Assembly (NCBI GenBank): GCA_963704705.1
Contig: OY969931.1
Location: 480,001 to 512,000 of the forward strand
Length of the DNA: 32,000 nt
Direction of reading: 5' to 3'
Source: an uncultured bacterium
GTDB lineage: Bacteria; Patescibacteriota; Gracilibacteria; UBA1369; PNNO01
Both the position numbers and the translations under genes were made by a program. The notes under the pieces are model-generated. The model was not told where the DNA came from, did no database searches, and saw nothing but the letters and a program-made list of their open reading frames with translations. This document shows positions 9,681 to 16,800 of this stretch, piece by piece (the first letter of the stretch is position 1; each line of letters opens with the position of its first letter).

Positions 9681-11333
9681 TTATATTACTATATTAAGAT
9701 AGCATTCCTCACAGAAGACTCTCTCTGGCAGTTCAGGTGAATAAGATGCCTTTATTTCCTTTCCGCAATTATCACATTTCCTGTCCCACAACTTCCTCGG
9801 ATTTCTAAGAATCATTCTCTCCAAATGTCTGCAGTCAGGGCATTTTCGTGGTACAGGAAGATCTAATTTCTTATAGAATGCAAGTTCTTTATCTATAATT
9901 TTGAAATTCTTTCCGCAATCATTACAGGCTAAAATTTCTCCAAGAATATCTTCTTTTACATCTTTAATATCTAAAGGAATTTTATATGTTTGTTTTTGAT
10001 AATCTTTCATGTCTTTTTCTTTCCATATATATCCATTTTTTAAACACGCGCTTTTATCCAATCTAAAATATTCCTGAGCAACTGTTTCATTATATGCAAA
10101 TGGCGAATATTTTATTGGAAAAAATTCTCCCCATTCTCCTGTTTTTTTCATATACTCAATTAGATTTGTGCGTAATTTTTCATATTCTTCTTTGGAATAT
10201 TGTTTGTTTAATATGCAATATTTCTTCTTATTGAGAGAAATACAACCGAATAAATTGCTGGAATTGTTAAAACATAAATTGCAGTAATTTATATCATTAT
10301 CATGCCAGCATGAATCACAGGCAATACAATTATTAATACCAGAACATCCGATTGTCTGATAACAAACTTCACTTTTATCATATCCCATACAATTCATATC
10401 CATTGAATCGTATGTTTCATCCATTTGATATCCGTAAGCTGAGTCTTCGCAGCCGGTACAATCAAAACAGGTGCGTAAATTTTTACAATTATTTAAATTA
10501 TTTCCTTCACAATTTTCACAATTAACTTTATAAACCGCTCTTACAGGAAATTTTTTTCTGAATTCGGTTTTGAAAATTTCAACTGCCTCTGAAAAATTCT
10601 TATAATTTCCAAAATTATATGATTCAAGTTGCTTAAAATAATCCTCTTTTGAATATTGTTTGTTAAAAATATAGTATTCTTTATGGCGGAGGTTAGAACA
10701 AAACAAACAATGCTTGCATCCCTTTAAATCAACAGAAAAATAGCATTCCTGACATCCTTCGCAGTGATCCAAATATACGCTTCTATATGAATTTCCTGAA
10801 AAAATGCATCCATAAGAAAGCTCACTTTCATAAAGCCATAAATAATCCATACAGTCTTTATTTTTTGTTGAATAATGACCGTACATGCAATCTTCTTCGT
10901 AGTGATTTCCAAAGGTTAAATAGCAATTTTTATTTGCAAAAGAATAATTACAATACTCACTGTTTTGAGATTGCTTATTAATAATTGCGAGCCTTGGAAC
11001 TTTTTGTAATAACTTATAAAACTGATCAAAAAAAGGTTCTTCAAAATTTACTTCATCGTTAAAATCGGTCGCATCCCAATCATCCTCCCAAAAGCACTCC
11101 TGACAATAAACAGGAAACGGCTTATCTTTCGAAAAAATTGAAATAATATTTTTTTTGCATTTATCACACTGCCTTTTATAAAGAACCCTTTCATTTCTGT
11201 AAGCGAGCCGTTTTTGCTGACGACAATCAGGGCATTCAAAAGGCTCCGGCAAATCGAGCTTTTGATAAAACTTCAGATCTTCATCTGTGAACTTGAATTG
11301 AGAATTACAGCTTATACAAGCTTTTATTTGCAT
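9681..11333 (-). CDS. Cysteine-rich protein with N- and C-terminal double zinc-ribbon modules, paralog A (550 aa)
   Basis: The N-terminal module CISCN..FYQKLDLPEPFECPDCR..RNERVLYKRQCDKCKK..VYCQECF is repeated at the C-terminus as CNDCGK..FYKKLDLPVPRKCPDCR..RNPRKLWDRKCDNCGK..VFCEECY. The centre holds Cys-containing short repeats. Conserved MKKTGEWGEFFP block. Confidence 0.85.
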   Translation of the reverse strand: MQIKACISCNSQFKFTDEDLKFYQKLDLPEPFECPDCRQQKRLAYRNERVLYKRQCDKCKKNIISIFSKDKPFPVYCQECFWEDDWDATDFNDEVNFEEPFFDQFYKLLQKVPRLAIINKQSQNSEYCNYSFANKNCYLTFGNHYEEDCMYGHYSTKNKDCMDYLWLYESELSYGCIFSGNSYRSVYLDHCEGCQECYFSVDLKGCKHCLFCSNLRHKEYYIFNKQYSKEDYFKQLESYNFGNYKNFSEAVEIFKTEFRKKFPVRAVYKVNCENCEGNNLNNCKNLRTCFDCTGCEDSAYGYQMDETYDSMDMNCMGYDKSEVCYQTIGCSGINNCIACDSCWHDNDINYCNLCFNNSSNLFGCISLNKKKYCILNKQYSKEEYEKLRTNLIEYMKKTGEWGEFFPIKYSPFAYNETVAQEYFRLDKSACLKNGYIWKEKDMKDYQKQTYKIPLDIKDVKEDILGEILACNDCGKNFKIIDKELAFYKKLDLPVPRKCPDCRHLERMILRNPRKLWDRKCDNCGKEIKASYSPELPERVFCEECYLNIVI

Positions 11334-11404
11334 TTAAATTTTAGATTTATTTAATAAATTTTTAATAATTAATTGGTGAAATCCAGCTGCTAGCCTCTCT
11401 TCGT

Positions 11405-11473
11405 GGGGGCAGTTGGACACTACGGGTCTTATCAAACTCAGTAGTAGGGGTTCGATTCCCCTTGCCTCCACCA
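11405..11473 (+). ncRNA. 69-nt tRNA-like / tmRNA tRNA-like-domain (TLD)-like element with encoded CCA
   Basis: Acceptor GGGGGCA/TGCCTCC with a G3:U70 pair. T arm AGGGG-TTCGATT-CCCCT (11446-11462). Discriminator A plus CCA. Only 34 nt lie between acceptor and T arm: no D stem, one bulged 9-bp helix, and an 8-nt loop. Confidence 0.55.
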
Positions 11474-11549
11474 GATGCTAGCATGTATAATTTAGTTGAT
11501 AAGACTCGTAGACCATCTGCAAAAGCTCTCAAATATTTGGGAGCTTTTC

Positions 11550-13187
11550 TTAAACTACTTCCTTTAAATAGCACTGTTCGCAATATACCTTTTCAGGCCG
11601 CTCTGGTAAATATGTTGTTTGAATTTCCGTTCCGCACTTATCACATTTTCTATCCCAGAGTTTTCGTGGATTTTTCCATGATTGCATTTCGAGTTGTCGG
11701 CAATCCGGGCATTTTTTTGATAATGGTGCATTAATTTTGCGATGCAGATTTAATTCCTGAGCCATTATTTTATAATTTTTACCGCAATCGGAACATGCTA
11801 ATAGTTCATTAACAATTGAGTCCGGAACTTCTTTAATTGTTACAGGAATTTTAAAGCTGGCCGGTTTGTATTCATGTGGATTTTTATCCTGCCATTTATA
11901 GCCTTTTGCCACTGCCTGCTCTTTAGTTAATGGATAGTAATCCTGTGCAGCCGAGTGATTGTAAGGGTAAAGTGATAATGACGTTGGGAAAAATTCGCCC
12001 CATTCTCCTGTTTTTTTCATGTGATCGATGATTTTGTCGCGCAGTTTTAAATATTCTTCCTTTGAATATTTTTTATTTAAAATGCAATATTTTTCTTTAT
12101 TATGCAGACCATCGCAACCAAAACAATCAGAAATACCCATTGAGATATAAATATAAGTACAATCAGGGCTAACAACAGGGCAAAAACTAAATTTTGTATT
12201 AACTGTTCTATCTCCACCTGTACTAATTTCATATGCAAGCTCAACTTTTTCATCATGATTGGTCAAATCCATTGAATCCGTTACGTTTACACAACCAACC
12301 ATATATTTTGAATCTTCAACACTGATACAATCGTAGCTTTCATGAACGTTATTACAGTTTTTAAGATAATTGCCTGATGAATTCTCGCAATTTATCAAAT
12401 TTTGATATCTTTTTGGAGTTGTTTGATTAAACTTTTTGAAATTTTTAGAAATAACTTCTTCATCGTAACTCATAATCTCTTCAACAATTTTTTCATATTC
12501 TTCTTTTGAATATTTTTGATTTTTATAATGATATTCCTTATTCGTTAGGCCGCTGCACATAAAACAATTTTTACACCCTATACAGTTCTCAAGATATGCT
12601 GAATCACTACAGCCCTTACAATTTATTAAATGATAAGAATTGTAACAATTTTGAGAATTTACACTGTAGTAAACAAGCTCACAGTCATCAAGAATAATTC
12701 CATCGCTGCAGTCCTTACATTTTTGGCTTTTAGTCAGATAATAAATATCTTCACTATAATAAGACCCTGCGCACATATACGCATTCTTACAATAAGCGAG
12801 TAATGTATTATATTCTGAATTTTCTGAATCATATACAAGAAGACATGCCTTAGGAACCTTCATCATAAGTTCATGGAATTGATCAAAAAATGGTCTGTTA
12901 AAATCAAAATCCTGACCATATTTCAAAGGATCCCAGCCATCTCTCCACCAACATTCATGGCAATATACGGGGAATTTTTCTTTTTCATTGAAAAATGAAA
13001 TTATATCTTTATTGCATTTGTCACATTTTCTTTTTGAAATATATCGTTCATTTCTAAAACTCAGTCTTCTCTGAAGCCTGCAGTCAGAACAAAAAGTGGG
13101 TTCCGGTACATTAATTTTAGTATAAAAAGCGCGATCTGAATCGGTTATTTCAAATTGTAATCCGCAGTTTTTACAAATTTTATTCAT
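11550..13187 (-). CDS. Cysteine-rich double zinc-ribbon protein, paralog B (545 aa)
   Basis: Same architecture as paralog A: CKNCG..FYTKINVPEPTFCSDCR at the N-terminus, CSDCGK..KCPDCR..CDKCG..VYCEQCY at the C-terminus, and MKKTGEWGEFFP. Confidence 0.85.
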   Translation of the reverse strand: MNKICKNCGLQFEITDSDRAFYTKINVPEPTFCSDCRLQRRLSFRNERYISKRKCDKCNKDIISFFNEKEKFPVYCHECWWRDGWDPLKYGQDFDFNRPFFDQFHELMMKVPKACLLVYDSENSEYNTLLAYCKNAYMCAGSYYSEDIYYLTKSQKCKDCSDGIILDDCELVYYSVNSQNCYNSYHLINCKGCSDSAYLENCIGCKNCFMCSGLTNKEYHYKNQKYSKEEYEKIVEEIMSYDEEVISKNFKKFNQTTPKRYQNLINCENSSGNYLKNCNNVHESYDCISVEDSKYMVGCVNVTDSMDLTNHDEKVELAYEISTGGDRTVNTKFSFCPVVSPDCTYIYISMGISDCFGCDGLHNKEKYCILNKKYSKEEYLKLRDKIIDHMKKTGEWGEFFPTSLSLYPYNHSAAQDYYPLTKEQAVAKGYKWQDKNPHEYKPASFKIPVTIKEVPDSIVNELLACSDCGKNYKIMAQELNLHRKINAPLSKKCPDCRQLEMQSWKNPRKLWDRKCDKCGTEIQTTYLPERPEKVYCEQCYLKEVV

Positions 13188-13212
13188 TATGAAGTTTGTT
13201 ATTCATGACAAG

Positions 13213-13241
13213 ACTTTATTAATGAAAGATTTTAGTGTCAA
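13213..13241 (-). promoter_or_regulatory. Sigma70-like promoter for paralog B
   Basis: On the minus strand: TTGACA (13241-13236), 17-nt spacer, TAAAGT (13218-13213), 25 nt upstream of the ATG at 13187. Confidence 0.35.
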
Positions 13242-13293
13242 ATTTGAATGTTTCACAAAGAATTTTATCTAAATAAAGCCAAATAAACAAATA

Positions 13294-14055
13294 TTAATTC
13301 TCAATCAATTGAGAAAATATATTAAATTGAGATCTTTGTATGTCAGCTATAATTTTGGATTTAACTAATACTGAACTAACATCATTTTCTTTAAAATGAT
13401 TGAATAAAATATAGTTTTCAGTATCCGAAAAAATGATAAAAGTGCCTTTAAAATTCAGGTTTAACTGATCAACCTGAGTTTTAAATTTTTTCTTAAAATC
13501 ATTGGTACAAAAGTAATCAGTATGTTTGCCGTGAGTTGTACAAATAGCATGATGTTTTGATTTTTTAATACGTAATTTTCTAAATTCGCGACCTACATCA
13601 AGTCCTCCAATTTTTGGGATGAAATTTTCAAAATCACCAAAATCCAGATTAGTTTCACCGCACCGTTGTGCAATAAAAAGGTATGGCTCAACAATTTGAT
13701 CAGGAGTATAAAAAGTTTCAATTTCCTCAACTGAATCAGCCGGACAATGTAAAAAAGGTGCGACATCCTTAATTCTACGTGCCAGTTTGCCTTTTTTCCT
13801 GCTGCTGTTTTGAAGCTGACTAACTAAAACTTTTAAAGACAATGCTTTGAAGCCTTCTTTAGCTGATTCAACCATCTTTAAATCCTCCAAACCTTCAAAA
13901 GCCCTGTAAACCGCATTCCTATCAAGGCCTGTTCTTTCAACAACTTCCCACTTTGTTTGTGCAGGATTTTTAAGAAGCTCAATATATACAAGAATTTCAG
14001 CTTCTTTTAAACCGGCTTGATTAAGTAAACTATTTAATTTTTTATATAAATTCAT
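13294..14055 (-). CDS. TrmB-like winged-helix transcriptional regulator (253 aa)
   Basis: N-terminal LKEAEILVYIELLKNPAQTKWEVVERTGLDRNAVYRAFEGLEDLKMVE fits a TrmB/MarR-type wHTH. Paralogous to the 15868-16638 product. Confidence 0.65.
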   Translation of the reverse strand: MNLYKKLNSLLNQAGLKEAEILVYIELLKNPAQTKWEVVERTGLDRNAVYRAFEGLEDLKMVESAKEGFKALSLKVLVSQLQNSSRKKGKLARRIKDVAPFLHCPADSVEEIETFYTPDQIVEPYLFIAQRCGETNLDFGDFENFIPKIGGLDVGREFRKLRIKKSKHHAICTTHGKHTDYFCTNDFKKKFKTQVDQLNLNFKGTFIIFSDTENYILFNHFKENDVSSVLVKSKIIADIQRSQFNIFSQLIEN

Positions 14056-14112
14056 TTAAAAATTAGACAGCAGGTGTATATCTAACCAGATTTTGCAAAT
14101 ATTGTCAACAAT

Positions 14113-15759
14113 TTAAGCAACCTCATTTAAATAGCACTGTTCGCAGTATACCTTTTCAGGCCTATCTGGTGAATATGTAGTTTTAACTTCAACTCCGCAC
14201 TTATCACATTTTCTGTCCCAAAGCCTAACCGGGTTGCGCAAATCGAGCCGCACTCTATGCCTGCATTCGCTGCATGTTGAAGGAGCCGGAATTCCCTGGC
14301 GCACATAAAAATTAAATTCAGGTCTGTTAATTTTGTAATTTCTGCCACAATCTTCGCATGCCAAAACTTTATCAATAATGCCTTCTTTCAAATCTTTAAC
14401 ATTGTCAGGCACAACCAAGTCTGATTTTTTATATTCTTTTGGATCTTTTTCTCTCCATCTGTAACCGTAAGTTAAGGCCTGCTCTTTTGTTAAAGGAAAA
14501 TATTGATGTGCTGTGCCCTCGTTATATGCAAAACAAGTTAATTCAGGCGGAAAGAACTTACCCCATTCTCCTGTTTTTTTCATGTGTTCAATGATTCGGC
14601 TGCGTAAAGCACGATATTCGTCTTGTTTATATTGCTTGTTTAAAATACAAAACTGTTTGTGTTTTAGTCCGTTGCATCCGAACACATCATTGCAACTTAT
14701 AATTTGTTCGCTATATTCTATATCATTACTGTCAAAAGCAAAGTATGTGAATTTTGATTTAACACATGTAAAAGTTGCAACCATGTTATAACAAACCTCA
14801 CTTTTATGGCCAAGATACGTTGAATTAAATAAATCGGTTGAATCAACTGAAAATAAAGTCTTTACAACATCCTCGCAATCATAAATGTCATAAGAATTTT
14901 TTACATTATTCGAATTATAAATATAATCTCCGGTCACATTTTCGTTGTTTACCCCATGATAATATTTCACCACACGCTTTTTTCTTAGCTCAACAAACAT
15001 TTTAAAAATCTCATTTATTCTTGCGCGGCTTCCATTTAGCATCTCCTTCTTTTGCGCAAAGTAGTCCTCTTTTGTAAGCTGTTTATTGCCGATGCAAAAT
15101 TCCTTTTTCGTAAGTCCCGTACATAAAATACATTCATTGCATCCGATACAATCACTTATAAAATAGCAGTTGGAACAGTTTTTGGAATCAAATGCATACT
15201 GGCATCCATAACTGTCATGTGAATATCCCATAAAATAACAAAGTTCGTTTTTATTGCTTATATCAATATCGAGTGAATCTTTATTGTGCATACATAAAGT
15301 ACTGTACTGAACATCTTCATTCATATCGCCTCCAAAAACCAAATAACAATTTTTATTTCCAACCGTCATATTACAATATTCGCTATTCTCTTGTTTTAGG
15401 TTTATTAAGGCCAGACGCGGAACCTCAAGCTGCAATTCTTTAAACTGTTCAAAAAATGGCCTGTTGAAGTCAAAATCGCGGCCGAATTCCATTGCATCCC
15501 ATTTGTCCGAATACCATGCTTTTGCGGAATAAACTTTATAAGGTGAATCCGGAGCGTAAATTGAAACAATGGGATCTCCGCTCGAATCACATTTGCGGTT
15601 ATATAAAACGCGTTCATTTCTAAATGCAAGACGCCCCATATGTGAACATTTAAAGCAAAGCTTTTCAGACGGAACCTGAAATTTTTCATATAATTTCAGT
15701 TCGTCTTCTTCGATAACTATATCCGCGCCGCATTGTAAGCATTTTGAATTCATACCCAA
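14113..15759 (-). CDS. Cysteine-rich double zinc-ribbon protein, paralog C (548 aa)
   Basis: Same architecture as A and B: CLQCG..LYEKFQVPSEKLCFKCS at the N-terminus, CEDCGR..CSECR..CDKCG..VYCEQCY at the C-terminus, and MKKTGEWGKFFP. Confidence 0.85.
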   Translation of the reverse strand: MGMNSKCLQCGADIVIEEDELKLYEKFQVPSEKLCFKCSHMGRLAFRNERVLYNRKCDSSGDPIVSIYAPDSPYKVYSAKAWYSDKWDAMEFGRDFDFNRPFFEQFKELQLEVPRLALINLKQENSEYCNMTVGNKNCYLVFGGDMNEDVQYSTLCMHNKDSLDIDISNKNELCYFMGYSHDSYGCQYAFDSKNCSNCYFISDCIGCNECILCTGLTKKEFCIGNKQLTKEDYFAQKKEMLNGSRARINEIFKMFVELRKKRVVKYYHGVNNENVTGDYIYNSNNVKNSYDIYDCEDVVKTLFSVDSTDLFNSTYLGHKSEVCYNMVATFTCVKSKFTYFAFDSNDIEYSEQIISCNDVFGCNGLKHKQFCILNKQYKQDEYRALRSRIIEHMKKTGEWGKFFPPELTCFAYNEGTAHQYFPLTKEQALTYGYRWREKDPKEYKKSDLVVPDNVKDLKEGIIDKVLACEDCGRNYKINRPEFNFYVRQGIPAPSTCSECRHRVRLDLRNPVRLWDRKCDKCGVEVKTTYSPDRPEKVYCEQCYLNEVA

Positions 15760-15867
15760 ATCTTATAATACTAAAAGTATTTTGCAAATTGCAAGTCACG
15801 GCAAATAAAAAATGGCTTTAAATAGTCAAAAAGCCAAATTAAATATTAACAAGCCCGCGTTAATATA

Positions 15868-16638
15868 TTAACTGTTCCAGTAGTGATTGAATTGATCCCG
15901 TTGAATTTTAAGTAATTCCGGCTGTCTTGTTATAACAACTTTTGGATCATCTTCATCGCAAATAAATAAGGTTGAACTGTCTTCGGTTATAACCATGAAA
16001 TTATCAGCAATAGGCTGTTTTGTGGTAAGTTTCATTGTTCTTTTCTCGAACGAATCACGTGATTTTAAAATATCGCCTAATTCATTGTACGGATTCATCA
16101 TTCTTACATAAATTCCACGTCGAAGTCTTTGTTGAATAAAATTACGTTCTTCGGGGCAATCAACACTCAAACCGCTTAAATTAAGAAAATTAATTACATT
16201 CCCCATTGGAAGCATTTCTTCTTTGCTCAGATTTGTTAGATTTAGATAAGCCTGTTTCATTGCATCAACACCGCATTTCACTTCAATCGGATCTTCCCGT
16301 TCTTTATCCGGATTTATAAATGATAAAAACGGATCCAGGTTTTTTAAGCCATTTTCAAGTTTTCTTAATTCTTTTTTATCATTTTGGATTTTTTTGACCA
16401 ATGATTTTAATGAAAGGGGTTTGAAAACAGATTCCTTGTTATTAATTGGAGCCGACTCAATGAGTCCTTTTTCTTTAAGATTTTTAAGAATTCTGTAAAT
16501 ATTTACAAAATGATATCCGCTAATTTCAGCTAACTTGTTAGCTGATGCCTGGCTTAATTTAAGCAGAATAAGATAGATTTTTATTTCTTCTTCTTTAAGT
16601 TCGGCCTTTTTTAATAGAGAAGTGAGTTTTTTTATCAT
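15868..16638 (-). CDS. TrmB-like winged-helix transcriptional regulator (256 aa)
   Basis: N-terminal LKEEEIKIYLILLKLSQASANKLAEISGYHFVNIYRILKNLKEKGLIE wHTH. The C-terminal end ...LLKIQRDQFNHYW parallels ...IADIQRSQFNIFS of the 13294-14055 product. Confidence 0.65.
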   Translation of the reverse strand: MIKKLTSLLKKAELKEEEIKIYLILLKLSQASANKLAEISGYHFVNIYRILKNLKEKGLIESAPINNKESVFKPLSLKSLVKKIQNDKKELRKLENGLKNLDPFLSFINPDKEREDPIEVKCGVDAMKQAYLNLTNLSKEEMLPMGNVINFLNLSGLSVDCPEERNFIQQRLRRGIYVRMMNPYNELGDILKSRDSFEKRTMKLTTKQPIADNFMVITEDSSTLFICDEDDPKVVITRQPELLKIQRDQFNHYWNS

Positions 16639-16659
16639 GCAAATCGATTATCAGGATGC

Positions 16660-16688
16660 ACAATACGACGGAAGCTTGTATTTGTCAA
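16660..16688 (-). promoter_or_regulatory. Candidate promoter for the TrmB-like gene
   Basis: On the minus strand: TTGACA (16688-16683), 17-nt spacer, TATTGT (16665-16660). Confidence 0.35.
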
Positions 16689-16701
16689 GAGTGGTCGTTG
16701 G

Positions 16702-16800
16702 TTAATCTTATGTTAAGATATTAACCGCTTGAATAAGATATTAAATGGTTGACAAGATATTATAAAAATGTTATAAATAAAGCATGAAATTAAGATATTT
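16702..16800 (+). repeat. Phased TAAGATATTAA direct repeats (candidate operator array)
   Basis: Identical 11-mers TAAGATATTAA at 16714-16724 and 16734-16744, exactly 20 bp apart. cAAGATATTAt at 16753-16763 abuts the -35 box. TAAGATATTt at 16791-16800 lies inside the first codons. An inverted partial copy TTAATCTTA is at 16702-16710. Confidence 0.6.
16749..16777 (+). promoter_or_regulatory. Sigma70-like promoter of the ATPase gene, probably giving a leaderless mRNA
   Basis: TTGACA (16749-16754), 17-nt spacer, TATAAA (16772-16777). The ATG at 16784 is only 6 nt downstream of the -10 box. Confidence 0.5.

Noticed and set aside
11070-11473. Full-length (~350 nt) tmRNA ending at 11473
   Set aside because: A normal 5' half would have to lie inside the conserved N-terminal zinc-ribbon coding region of paralog A. 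The matching 5' acceptor strand GGGGGCA is only 58 nt upstream of the 3' acceptor strand. Only a TLD-sized element fits.
11362-11734. Track ORFs 11362-11583 (-) and 11462-11734 (+)
   Set aside because: They overlap the tRNA-like element and the 3' end of paralog B in antisense or alternate frames and have no motif support. Judged spurious.
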